From Anaerohalosphaeraceae bacterium (GTDB lineage Bacteria; Planctomycetota; Phycisphaerae; Sedimentisphaerales; Anaerohalosphaeraceae), in NCBI GenBank assembly GCA_963675525.2, contig CAXXSL010000011.1, positions 160,001-224,000 on the forward strand: a DNA stretch of 64,000 nucleotides. The letters are read 5' to 3'. Positions 20,938 through 31,872 of the stretch are shown here, piece after piece. A model generated the notes under the pieces. That model had not been told where the DNA came from, did no database searches, and worked only from the letters and a program-made list of their open reading frames with translations. Each line of letters starts with the position of its first letter. Positions within the stretch are counted from its first letter, which is position 1. The position numbers and the translations under genes are program-made.

Positions 20938-23900
20938 CTAAGGCGTTGTAAGGTCTACATTGTTTAATTCAAATTGCTGATCCGGCCCGGTCTTGTACTG
21001 GTCCAGATACGGAGAATAGGTTTCCACGAAAACCTTTTGCATCTCCGGACAAAATGTTAAAATTCTCAGCCACCCATTACCACCATTGGCCTCAAACTGA
21101 TAATTGGCCAGCATCTGATAGACCAGATTGCCGTTATCACCGGTGCTGACCAGTGTGCCAACGCCATCATTTAAAATGTGCCCGCTGAAAACAAACGAGA
21201 TATTTTCATGAAGCTTAATGAAATTGGTCCACATCTCCTCTCCGTCATTACAGACCTGGTCACCGGTTGCCGTCGTGCAAACCGTATACGTATGCGGATT
21301 CCAGGTGTCCCCCGAACCGATTCTCGTGTCATCTGAGTACATATAGGCATGGGTCACCACCATGACCCGGCGATTCGGATGAGCTGCGATAACTTGGTTG
21401 GCCCAGGCCAGTACGGCCGTACGCGGACCAAATTCAAGTGACAACGCCAGCCAATCGATACCGCCGGCAGTGAAATAATGATAACTGTTTTCCGCATGGC
21501 CTGTTTCGTAAACACCCTGCAGGTTCGTAAATCGGGCCACCGGGAAATAACTATTAAAGTATCCAACATCCCGTGTGCTTGCGTTGCCACCGGGACCGGT
21601 ATCGTGATTGCCGGTTGCCGCGGCATACGATACGCCGGCGGCATCTAAAATATCCATCGCATAATCGGCATTATCCCATTCGCGTATCAAATTATAGTTT
21701 GTAAAATCGCCTTCATGGAGAACAAACGCGATATTGAGTTCATCTTTGTTGTCCGCGATCCATTGGGTCTGACTGTTATAAACCGCCGGAGCATAATCAG
21801 AGTAATTTTGTGTATCCGGCAGAAGGACGATTGAAAACTCTGAATCAGAATGAACCCGAATTGAAACGGCGGCCTGGTCAAAACCCTGCACATCGGAAAC
21901 CGCCTCATAAACAAAGCTGTCAACACCGGAGTAGTTTGGATCCGGCGTGTAAGCGAATGTTCCATCGCTGTTCAATGTCAGATTTCCGTGCTGGACATCG
22001 GTAACCAGTGCGGCAGACAAAGATCCGCTCGCTGCCGTATCGTTGTCAAGGACGCCCCCGGTTGTGACGCTAAGGGTCGTATTCTGATCCATCTCGTAAC
22101 TGTCATTGTTGGCGACAACATTGAATGAGCTTGCCACCTGAACGGAGAAATCATCAAAATAGCTTGCCTGGTTGCCCCAGTTGTATAATGCCACGGTTCC
22201 ATAGGCGATGTCCGCATCGATTACCGCCGAACCAAAAACATTGACGCCGCCGACCAATACATTGATTTGGTCCCCGGTGACATCCACACTCAGGTTCATT
22301 TGTTCTCCGGCCGTATACCCTGCGGAAGCGGTTGCAATGGTCGTTTCTACTCCGTTATAAATCTTAAAGAGCTTACGAAAAACGCGTTGTGAATCCATAT
22401 CAAATTTATAGTAATTACCCGCATCCTGATATCGGAACATCACCCCGATACCATCATTATCTGACGACCGCAACGACACGTTAAACTGATAGTCTGCCCA
22501 TAATAATGATTGCGGAGCATTCCAGCAGGCATAGCTGCCTTTTCGGTTGTCCGTCGCAAACTGATCCGGTCCGTAAATGTTTGATGATTCCATCAATTCT
22601 CCGGAAACAACACTCCAGTTTGAGGGGCTATCTATTCCGCCTTCATCCACGATCAGCCAATTGGCGAGGCTGCTGCTCTCATCAAAATAGTCTTTGGCGG
22701 TAAAGAAATCCCAATCTGAGGCCACAGCGGCAAAATCAACAAGGTCCACTTTCAGGCTGCCATTGATATCTGCCGACCAACCGGAACCGGTATTGAGCCA
22801 CTGTTCGGAAAGAACCGTTAAATCAGCAAGGTCAACCGTTCCATTCTTATCAATATCCCCTAAAGCAAACGGGTTCGCTTTGGTCGTAAACTCCCAAACA
22901 TCGCCTTCCTGCGGAACACCCGCATCCAACGCATCGACTCTCCAATAGTATGTTGTGCTGTAATTCAGCTCAACACCGAGAACGAGGGTTGTACTCGTAT
23001 GATTTAAAACCTTATGAAGTAAATCAGTGGATGCCGGGGTCGCATTTTGTACCTTTAAATCATTTGTATCAAAATAAATATGATAGCCGGAAGCCGTATA
23101 AGCACCGGGTGCTTGCCAGATTAAATCAGTGTCTATTTCAACAAAATTTTCTTCATCCTGAGGGTCGGGGGTATGAGCAATCTCCGGTTCGGTGGGTGTT
23201 GAATTGAGAAGCTCTAAAATCTGTGACTCAGAAAGAACCTCATCATAAATCATCACATTGTCCATCATTCCCACAAATGTTGAGGTGTGGTGTGTAATAA
23301 TACCACCGCCAAGTTGACCATACATACCTCCTGCAGCAAAGTCCAGAATACCGTCGCCGACACCGGCAATCGCCATTGACCTGTCGAATACACCATTGAT
23401 ATATGTGGTAGCCACGTTATTGACTCTGTCATATGTAATCGCGATATGTGTCCATGTATTGGCCGCAATCGAAGCGGTTCCGGTGATTTCATATTGCGTG
23501 TCACTCCCATTGCCTTCAATCCAGCCGTGTACACGTTTGTTGCTGTCGAGCTCTATGGTCGCAATCGGATTGTCGCCATATGCACCCAACGCAATCAAGT
23601 GCGCAAAATCCGGATCCGCATTGGTGGCACTACGAGAATGTGTTGTTTCAGGATTCACCCACAGTGCAAATGTAATACCTCCGCCGGCCGCAATGGCGGG
23701 CCTGCTGTCCATGAAAACCCGTTGGTTATCCGGATTGCCGCCATTGGCAATATCATAAGCAATTTCATAATCTGTACGAGAGGCATAGATGCCGCCGCGG
23801 TCACCGCCAACATCATCCCATAAATCGGCGTTCGTGTCCGTTCGGCCATCCGCATGATACCAAGAGCCGCCTTCTGTTCCGTTATGGCTGTTGGCGGAAA

Positions 23901-24102
23901 CATCCTCATAATCCCACGTCGTATAGGGAGTATTCTTGTAGCCAAAATCATAGCTGAGAACTTGAGCGGCATTGAGGTTCACGGCGATACAACATAACGC
24001 AATGAGAATACAGATGTTTTTTAACGTCTTCATATCAACCCCACTATTTTTAAGCATTAAAATACGGTGGTCCCCCTGACAGGAAACCACCGTAAAATTC
24101 AA
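20938..24102 (-). CDS. Secreted multidomain protein: LamG, dockerin-like, TSP-C-like, cadherin-like/Big_9 and C-terminal metallophosphoesterase domains
   Basis: WTHIAITYD LamG; GDIDKNGTVDLADL..WL; DNDGIGVMFRYQD; ANNDSY..GVLDND..DGTFAYTP; LPDTQNY, HEGDFT, GNHD, THAYM, FSGH. The true start is probably MKTLK near 24033. Confidence 0.82.
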   Translation of the reverse strand: MNFTVVSCQGDHRILMLKNSGVDMKTLKNICILIALCCIAVNLNAAQVLSYDFGYKNTPYTTWDYEDVSANSHNGTEGGSWYHADGRTDTNADLWDDVGGDRGGIYASRTDYEIAYDIANGGNPDNQRVFMDSRPAIAAGGGITFALWVNPETTHSRSATNADPDFAHLIALGAYGDNPIATIELDSNKRVHGWIEGNGSDTQYEITGTASIAANTWTHIAITYDRVNNVATTYINGVFDRSMAIAGVGDGILDFAAGGMYGQLGGGIITHHTSTFVGMMDNVMIYDEVLSESQILELLNSTPTEPEIAHTPDPQDEENFVEIDTDLIWQAPGAYTASGYHIYFDTNDLKVQNATPASTDLLHKVLNHTSTTLVLGVELNYSTTYYWRVDALDAGVPQEGDVWEFTTKANPFALGDIDKNGTVDLADLTVLSEQWLNTGSGWSADINGSLKVDLVDFAAVASDWDFFTAKDYFDESSSLANWLIVDEGGIDSPSNWSVVSGELMESSNIYGPDQFATDNRKGSYACWNAPQSLLWADYQFNVSLRSSDNDGIGVMFRYQDAGNYYKFDMDSQRVFRKLFKIYNGVETTIATASAGYTAGEQMNLSVDVTGDQINVLVGGVNVFGSAVIDADIAYGTVALYNWGNQASYFDDFSVQVASSFNVVANNDSYEMDQNTTLSVTTGGVLDNDTAASGSLSAALVTDVQHGNLTLNSDGTFAYTPDPNYSGVDSFVYEAVSDVQGFDQAAVSIRVHSDSEFSIVLLPDTQNYSDYAPAVYNSQTQWIADNKDELNIAFVLHEGDFTNYNLIREWDNADYAMDILDAAGVSYAAATGNHDTGPGGNASTRDVGYFNSYFPVARFTNLQGVYETGHAENSYHYFTAGGIDWLALSLEFGPRTAVLAWANQVIAAHPNRRVMVVTHAYMYSDDTRIGSGDTWNPHTYTVCTTATGDQVCNDGEEMWTNFIKLHENISFVFSGHILNDGVGTLVSTGDNGNLVYQMLANYQFEANGGNGWLRILTFCPEMQKVFVETYSPYLDQYKTGPDQQFELNNVDLTTP

Positions 24103-24121
24103 AATCGTTTGATTTTAAAAC

Positions 24122-25015
24122 CTACTTTTTCCGACGGATGGCAACCAAACTGCCCAATCCAAGAAGAACCATCGTCGCCGGTTCCGGAACGATTGCTGAA
24201 ACTTCTGCGGCAGACAGAGCGCTATCAAAAATCATCACGTCATCAATCATACCGATAAAAGCGGCATCATGATGGGTTACGATACCGTGGCCAACCTGAG
24301 CATACAGGCTGGAGAACGTCAGCACGCCGTCGCCAACGCCCGCGATACCGGTTGAACTGTCAAATAGACCATTGATATAGGTGGTCGCCAGATTATTGAC
24401 TCTGTCATAGGTGATCGCAATGTGAGTCCATGCATTCGCTGAAACAGAAGCACTGCCGGTAATTTCATACTGCGTATCGGCACCGTTGCCTTCAACCCAA
24501 CCATGTACACGCTTGCTGCTGTCGAGTTCGATCGTCATGATGGGATTGTCGCCATAAGCACCTAACGCAATCACGTGAGCAAAATCCGGATCCGGATTGC
24601 CGCCCACAACATGGACCGTTTCCGGGTTGATCCAGGCCGCCAGTGTCACACCGGCATTGGCCGCAACATCAGACATGCTGGTGAACTCCACCAAGTTGTT
24701 CTTGTTATTGCCAACTCTGACCTGTGTTTCATAATACTGCTCATAAGCACTGCGATGGGCATAAACGCCGCCGCGAACTCCGCCTTGATCGTCCCACAGG
24801 TCGGCACGCGGGTCTGCGTCGCCATCAAAGTTCCACCATGTGCCGGCCTCGTCGGCATCATGACTGGTGCCCGAAGCGCCGCTGTAATCATCCACGGTGT
24901 AAGGGGTGTTCTTGGTCGCAAAGTCAAGGTGAGCGACCATGGATGCCTGTGCCATCGAAATCAGGCACAAAACAACGATTAAATACATTAATTTTTTCAT
25001 CTTCACTTCCTCCAA
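24122..25015 (-). CDS. PEP-CTERM sorted LamG-like protein
   Basis: Signal peptide; WTHIAITYD, GMIDDVMIFDSALS; C-terminal VPEPATMVLLGLGSLVAIRRKK. Confidence 0.9.
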   Translation of the reverse strand: MEEVKMKKLMYLIVVLCLISMAQASMVAHLDFATKNTPYTVDDYSGASGTSHDADEAGTWWNFDGDADPRADLWDDQGGVRGGVYAHRSAYEQYYETQVRVGNNKNNLVEFTSMSDVAANAGVTLAAWINPETVHVVGGNPDPDFAHVIALGAYGDNPIMTIELDSSKRVHGWVEGNGADTQYEITGSASVSANAWTHIAITYDRVNNLATTYINGLFDSSTGIAGVGDGVLTFSSLYAQVGHGIVTHHDAAFIGMIDDVMIFDSALSAAEVSAIVPEPATMVLLGLGSLVAIRRKK

Positions 25016-25102
25016 TACATATAGACCCGATCAGGCTGCGCAGCCAACAAACTGCACAACTCATAAACCACAAAAGTCCATCCATGCCTTCAGCCGCCGG
25101 TC

Positions 25103-25936
25103 TTATTTTTTACGGCGAATCGCAATCAGGCCGCCCAGTCCGAGCAGAGCCATCGTTGCCGGTTCCGGAACAAGAGTCAGCGGGGTCGGCGTAGCTGAAC
25201 CGTCCAGCCAACCGCCCATGTCGGCAATTTGAGTACCTGTCAAAGCGTGGTCCCATGTGGCAACTGTGCCAACGAGTCCCCACTGGTCTTCCCAACTGTC
25301 GTCTGCGAAAAGATGGACGGTGGGGTTGAGGGAAAATCTGCCGTCAACGGTGTTGCCTGAGGTATCGAGGAACAGGACGCCGTCAACATAAACCCTGAAG
25401 AAGTTGCCATTGTCAACAGACAATGCAATCCTGTGCCATGTCGATGAGTCAAAGGTTGCTGTTGAATAGCCAAGTTCACCGATGCCAATCACGCGAGACC
25501 CTTCGGTACCCTGAATAAACAAATCACCATCAGAGGTATTACCAGCCGCGTTCGTCTGATACAGGCTGTTCCATGATGACTGGCCGCTCGTCTGGGTATA
25601 ATCCATGACAATGGTGTACTCATTAACATAGCTGCCGCCGCCGTTAGGAGCAATGCCGTGAGTGCACGTAAGGTAATCCCAACTGCGTTCCTGAACTACA
25701 CCCCCCTCACCACCGAGCGGATTGATGATCGTCCATGGTCCCGAGAACCAGGCACTGTTGTTGACATTGCTGCTTACCATGTCTGTGCCGATTGTTGCTG
25801 CCAACTTGTTTGTACTATCCTGGAAACGCCACAGACCGGTCAACCCGGTGGCGTCCACGTCCCCCAGTGCGGCAGAAGCCACCGAGGCCGCCGCCAACAT
25901 GCATACTACTAACACTAAACATTTCTTTCTCATCAT
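25103..25936 (-). CDS. PEP-CTERM sorted LamG-like protein
   Basis: Signal peptide; GLWRF, WHRIALSVD, RVYVDG; C-terminal VPEPATMALLGLGGLIAIRRKK. Confidence 0.9.
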   Translation of the reverse strand: MMRKKCLVLVVCMLAAASVASAALGDVDATGLTGLWRFQDSTNKLAATIGTDMVSSNVNNSAWFSGPWTIINPLGGEGGVVQERSWDYLTCTHGIAPNGGGSYVNEYTIVMDYTQTSGQSSWNSLYQTNAAGNTSDGDLFIQGTEGSRVIGIGELGYSTATFDSSTWHRIALSVDNGNFFRVYVDGVLFLDTSGNTVDGRFSLNPTVHLFADDSWEDQWGLVGTVATWDHALTGTQIADMGGWLDGSATPTPLTLVPEPATMALLGLGGLIAIRRKK

Positions 25937-26060
25937 CTTTCCTCCGCAATAAGGTTACTAAAATATATACTTCCCGGAAATATTACGTCATTTCTCGGTT
26001 TTTAAAACGCACACTCAACTCGACGGCAACGGCATTTATCCGCAGCCGTCGAACAAAAAA

Positions 26061-29000
26061 CTATTCCCAAGGCGTCGTGCCTGTAATATTGGTGTACCAG
26101 TCTTCTAACCAGTTCCCAGCCACAATCGCCAAGTCAACCAGATTCACCCTGCAGTCACCGTCCACATCGCCTTCAGGTGCAGCAAGTCCCATTAGACCGG
26201 CATGATAACATGTATACGGCCCTGCGACGTCATACTGCAATCCGGATTCGATCTCGAACGTTATTTCTCCACCGGGAACAGCCCGCTTCTCAGTGGAAAC
26301 ATAAACATCACTGAATGCAAATGACGGATGCCCTAGAGCGGTAACAACACTGTTAATGCCGTAAACTCTTACATACACATTGGTATCGGCTGATGTTGCA
26401 GTATAGGTTGTGCCTATCAGTTGCCATCTTGATGCAGGCGGAGCAAAGCCTCCACCCTTAATGTCTCCTACGGCATCTTCTACGGCTTCTGCAATTTTCA
26501 CATAACCGGCCTGGCTTGTTGTTATACCTGTATGAATTGTGTCAGGATCGGTAACACCTGACGGTATTTGCCACAGTTCGAGGTGGAACTGCGGAGCAGG
26601 GTTCGGCCATGTCGTATCGTAAGAACCCCATTCAGTCGGCTCAATCACTACACCGCAAGCCATATCCAGGTAGTATGTTACGCCGTTAGAAAGACTGCCG
26701 ATGATCTGGCCAAGAATCAGGTTTTCCGAAGCGTAAACGCTGACATCATTCATGCCCGGCGAAGGTATGGGGGCTCCCATCTGACCGGAAGCAAACATTC
26801 CACCTTCATCGGTTTCATCGAAACCGGTGGGCACTTCATATATCCAGCTCGGAGGAGCCGGTACATCATCAACGAACCAAGCACCCCAATTGTCAGATTT
26901 AGAAAGAGCGCCGTACAGATATTCCAGTTCAGGTACACCTGATGTCTCCATCCAGCCGATATCTTCAAATCCACCATTGCCCAGAAGATTGCCGCGACCT
27001 TCCGGCCACTCTGCCGGCATGACATTATCCAGATATGTATAACCTACAAACATATATCCCGACGTTGCCGGATCGCTTGCATCTTCATAAGATAACTTAA
27101 CCTTGATCGGCTTTCCTGCATCTCCGGCCGTAGCCGTATAGGTGCCGTAAACCGGACGCCATCTATTAAGAGACATCGGACGCGAGAAGCTTGCAACTTC
27201 TGTGCTGTCTATTTCAAGACTTATCGTTGCGATATCTTTCCAGCCATCCCAACTATTGGCCATTACATAAGCCATCACATAATAAGTCTGGCCGGAAACG
27301 GCATTTTCTGTTGTTGTCTGACTGAGTACTGCATCATCTATAAGGTAAGCTGCAACAGAACCGCCAATAGGAACCGGAGTGTTTACCATATAAGAATTCA
27401 TGTAGCCGGTGTCCTCCATGCGCTGAATACCCGCATCGCCGGTTCCCGTAAATGCCCACCCTGTCGGATCCACACCAATCCATTCACTCGTTACTAACTG
27501 GCCAAGGTCTTTATAGAAATCGCCGTTTACAAGCATCCCTGTGTCTCTCGGCTCTGTGACCGAACCGGTATCAAGCCAGGTCATTGCCACTGTCTCAAGG
27601 TCTCCATAATTAACAATGGCGTCCTGATCGATATCACCAAGGAAGTAGCTCGCATTATGCTGATCCGTATTGGCCTGATCGGAAATCGGGTTAAACTCAT
27701 CAATATAAACCCGCGTATTGGCGTTCCCGCCCGCGATCGAGATTTCCGTCCACACCCTGAGTGAAGTAACCGGTGGCTTCGGATAGGCATATTTTAATTC
27801 TTCCCAGACATAATCTTCGCCTAACGGCCAATAGACCTCTCCTAACGACGTCAGATTATTAGGTTCGCGAGGCTCGGTACCATCCACATAACTATACGAT
27901 TTGACACGCAGACTGGCACCATCCGCATTGACAGCAGCCACACGGGCATACGTTTTGAAAAAATCTTTTCCCCACGGAAGGGTAGGTGACTCATAACCTG
28001 CGTTGTTTGGGATACATAATGCAATATCAGGCGTAATATATAGCGCAAACTTTGCAATATTGGGGTCAACACCACTCCATGACGGATCAATCCATGCCAT
28101 TCCAAAGTTATCAACGTTACGGTCAGACTGGCCATAATAGTTTGGATCAGGTAGAGCAGGGGTTAAATCCCTGAAAGAATACCATATCTGACCATCAGAC
28201 CATAGCGCATAATGCCCGCCGGGTTCCATGGCTGTCGTATCCCAGCTTGGCAAATCCTTGATATACCATGCTGTTGCCGTATTATCGGCATGCACTGTAA
28301 TGTCCTCGCCTGGCCAATATGAAAATGTCGAGAAACTCGGACCATATAACAGTTTCCATCCCCCGGAATTCCAGGCATGATTGGTTTCTTTGGTGAAGTA
28401 ATTCGGTGGCAGCGGCGGGTCCGGCACGACATCCACAACCGTCAGCGGTGTTTCGGACTCGTCGGCCAGTTTGGCCACTTCTTCTGCCGGCAAATAGGAC
28501 CCGGCCCAGACAGCCACATCATCCAAAATCCCGATGAAATTAGCCGTATTATTCGCTTTCGCCCCGATGGTGAAATCTGTTATTGAAACCGGCATGTCCA
28601 CACCGGGAAGACTTGTGGAGTCTTCTTCTACACCATTAATATACTTTTTGATCGTCTTCCCGTCAGAGGTAACCGTCAGGTGATACCAATAACCGACGGC
28701 CTGTCCGGCGGTTTGAAGCGCCGATATTCACTTTATCATTTGTTGCCCCGGGTCCATCCTAAAAAGTCATAGGGGTCATCCCCTCCGCTGGCAGGGTCGA
28801 AAGCAAGCTGTATACCATAGGCGTCGGTATTCACCAGTCTGGGGATATCGTTTGCCGAGAGATTGACATACAAAGCACCTCTGTAAACCCACATCGAAAT
28901 CGTGAAAACTTCGGTCAGATTTTGCAAACCCGGGCTATTAGGGTCATCCGATGGAAATGAGTTGGGGTCCACGACTAAGTGGTTGGAATTTGAAAAACCG

Positions 29001-29228
29001 GTCGTACTGGCGTTAAACTCGATCGCCCCGCTGCCGCCGATCCCGCCAGTGGTCCATTGCGGATAATTGATGCTGTCAGCAGCATAGAAAACCGCATCCT
29101 GAGCATTGCCGGAGGAATCTGCCGCTGTTGTGCCGGTGCCTTCATCGAAACGTCCAGTAGCCAGCCAAATCACTCATTGCCACTGAAGCTGTTATCAATA
29201 AAATAGCAAAAAAGACCTGTCTTATCAT
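26061..29228 (-). CDS. Large secreted LamG/dockerin-like protein, frameshifted in its 5' part (pseudogene or sequence error)
   Basis: ATG at 29228 gives MIRQVFFAILLITASVAMSDLAGYWTF. It continues as DEGTGTTAADSSGN in ORF 28736..29173, then YWYHLTVTSDGKTIKKYING into ORF 26061..28601; three frame changes. Two dockerin-like motifs. Confidence 0.75.
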
Positions 29229-29320
29229 CTCGAAGACCTCCCAATATAGGTTCACTTTATTCCACGGAAAAACTCACAACACCCAATCACTCTCAACACT
29301 TGAACTAACATATAATTACC

Positions 29321-30229
29321 TCAAAAACGCCCCCATGCTTCAACATATACCCTCACTACCAAACATTCATGTTTCTCATGGCCCGCATACGGTTTTCCAT
29401 AATCCAGATACGCATCACGACCCCGCTTTACCCCGTCGGGTTTCAACATGGCCGTCAACAAAAACCATATTGGCCTTTCCTTCGTTCTTCCTGTCGGTGC
29501 TGACATTATGATACGTCGCGACATTGTCAGTCGCACCATTCGGTATAGCCGGGTTTGCGTTTACCCATAAGGCGTTGTCCATTGAGAACATTCTCGCTGT
29601 ATTTTGTAACCCCATCCCATTCGTCCTCTCTAATGGGCCAGAGATTTTCTTCGGAAAAAGCAAAACATTCAGCGGACCGGGTTATCCTGGGATAGCTTCA
29701 TTGAAATTTCCTGATCGTTCATCACCACATCACCAACCTGCAAAAGAGTCGCCCAATCAAAGCCGACAAACCAGTTCATTGCGTAACTGTACAGAGGATC
29801 GAATGGAGTCAACAATGAATGTTGTCCCGCACACGGAACGCCATCTTTACCAAGACTCTTCGCGTATCTTTCAAAAACCGAGCACATATGTGAATTTTCA
29901 TCATCCATATAAGGCCATAGAGAACCATCCACCGGGTCTCTCTGCCATTGTGCCACATGCATCTCGATGCGACATTATTGCTCGCCGCCCATTCAATCGT
30001 TTTCCGACTGAAAAGCCATGTCGACTTGTAGGGTGCTTTGTCCTTGTTGTCCATCGCATACGCCTGCACGGCTGCACCGTAGCCTCTAATATTGGCTGCA
30101 CAGATGATTGTTTGTGCATGACGTTTTGCAGAACTTAAGCCAGGCATGATAACGGGACATCAACAAAGCGATAATCGCAATCACAACAAGTAATTCAATC
30201 AACGTAAAGGCATTTTGACGTTTTATCAT
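29321..30229 (-). CDS. Prepilin-type N-terminal cleavage/DUF1559-like (H-X9-DG) protein with multiple frameshifts
   Basis: MIKRQNAFTLIELLVVIAIIALLMS/VIMPGL, then C..NIR, GSLWPY, YSYAMN, FSEENLW, LN/DNALW and HN..ANMVFVDGHVE, spread over several frames. Confidence 0.85.
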
Positions 30230-30329
30230 TGCACTTACTTCTCCTGTAAAGAAGCCTAAAGATTATACACTAACCCTTAAACGAGCCAACTACTGCATTG
30301 TTCATTGCTTTTCCTCACTATAAATGTAC

Positions 30330-30358
30330 ATCATACCAAGAGGCCACTTTCGTGTCAA
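30330..30358 (-). promoter_or_regulatory. sigma70-like promoter for the DUF1559 cluster
   Basis: Minus strand TTGACA-17 nt-TATGAT with TG at the extended -10 position. Confidence 0.65.
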
Positions 30359-30367
30359 CGTAAATTA

Positions 30368-30387
30368 TTGCACAATCTTTTGTGCAA
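30368..30387. promoter_or_regulatory. Palindromic operator candidate TTGCACAA-N4-TTGTGCAA
   Basis: Perfect 8-bp inverted repeat just upstream of the -35 box, next to a LacI gene. Confidence 0.55.
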
Positions 30388-30621
30388 CTTAAACAAGTAT
30401 TTGTCTTTTGTTGCGGAATCACTGTAGACAGAAACGGCTATTAGGGAAGAAGAACACACTAGTCCATTAGAAAAAAGAACTTACGGCTATTGATAAAGAC
30501 GCCCAAAATACATGCTATTGCCTGTCTTTATTGAAAAGATACGGCGGGCGAGTAGACTTCGATTTAAAATTTTTTATTTTTTATTCTAAAGGGTAAAAGT
30601 CCATTATTACTAGTTAAGGAG

Positions 30622-31650
30622 TTAAATTTTGGAACATGTGTGCATATCCAAAAAGATATAATCCAATCGTTTGGAAGGGAAAATCGCTTCTTTTGTTTTA
30701 AATTTTTTCCAGAGCATCGCCACCGCCACTTCCCCCATTTTAGTTTCCGGTTCGAGCATCGCGGTCGTATTAAGCCCAACTCGCACATGGGATTCCCCAG
30801 CGAATGTCATAATAGACAAATCTTTTGGGATTCGTAAATCAAGGCGTGAAGCCGCGGCAAATACAGCAGGCACAGAAGCAGACCAATAAAACAGCATCGC
30901 AGTCGGCCGATCCGGACGTTTCAGCACATGATAAAAATACTCAATCTGTTTTTCCATCGAATCATCAACCCTGTGTTCCGGCGTAACGTCCAAGATTTCA
31001 AGCGACGCTTGTTTCATCGCCAAAGCATACCCCCCCCGTCGGTCTGCCACGCTAAAGTGGGTATTCGGTTTCAGGTCATCGTAAAAAATATTGCAATAGC
31101 TGATTCGTTTATGACCCAAGCTAATTAAATACTCCGTTGCTTTCAAGGCACTTGAAAAGCTGTCCGGATAAACCGCATCATTATCCATTTTATGGTTAAT
31201 CCACACCTTGGGCATGGATGTCTTTTGGATCGCCTCTCGTATATTGGCGGGAAGATTAGGACAGTAATTGACAATTAAGCCTTCCGCCATTAAAGAACGA
31301 AATATCTTCGGTAACTCCTGATGATCACTGTGCACTCTGGGAATATTCGCCAGTAGCAGATGTTTATCGTGTCTCTCAAGGCTACGGTGAATTTGAGTGA
31401 GCAATTTCTCCGGTAAGTAACTTTTGCTTGAAAAGCTGCTGTGCAGCAAGGCGATACAGTTAAATTTTCCTGTTTTAACACCAACGGCGAATGCGTTCGG
31501 AATATAGCCCAGCTCCAGTGCCGTCGCCTTAACCCTTTCCTGACACTGTTTGCTGATTCGGTACTGATCTGCTTTATCGTTCAGAACGCGCGACACCACC
31601 GAGACACAAACGCCGGCATGATACGCAATTTCTTTAAGTGTTACTGACAT
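30622..31650 (-). CDS. LacI family transcriptional regulator
   Basis: TLKEIAYHAGVCVSVVSRVLN HTH; LGYIPN; RPTAM, RIPKDLSIM. Confidence 0.92.
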   Translation of the reverse strand: MSVTLKEIAYHAGVCVSVVSRVLNDKADQYRISKQCQERVKATALELGYIPNAFAVGVKTGKFNCIALLHSSFSSKSYLPEKLLTQIHRSLERHDKHLLLANIPRVHSDHQELPKIFRSLMAEGLIVNYCPNLPANIREAIQKTSMPKVWINHKMDNDAVYPDSFSSALKATEYLISLGHKRISYCNIFYDDLKPNTHFSVADRRGGYALAMKQASLEILDVTPEHRVDDSMEKQIEYFYHVLKRPDRPTAMLFYWSASVPAVFAAASRLDLRIPKDLSIMTFAGESHVRVGLNTTAMLEPETKMGEVAVAMLWKKFKTKEAIFPSKRLDYIFLDMHTCSKI

Positions 31651-31872
31651 TACCGACTCCTCAGTTACCCTTCTCTGACTTGGAAATATTCTATTTTTAT
31701 ACCAATCAGGAACAATCTGAATCCTGATGATTATACATTTTCGAGATACTCAATTCAAGAGTCATTTCATTTTGAGGGGTTAAAAGCATCTCTCACAACT
31801 CAATGGACGACTCCCGCTCATACTCCGGCATCCAGAAAAATATTGTATTCATCGGGATAATACAGTATAATA

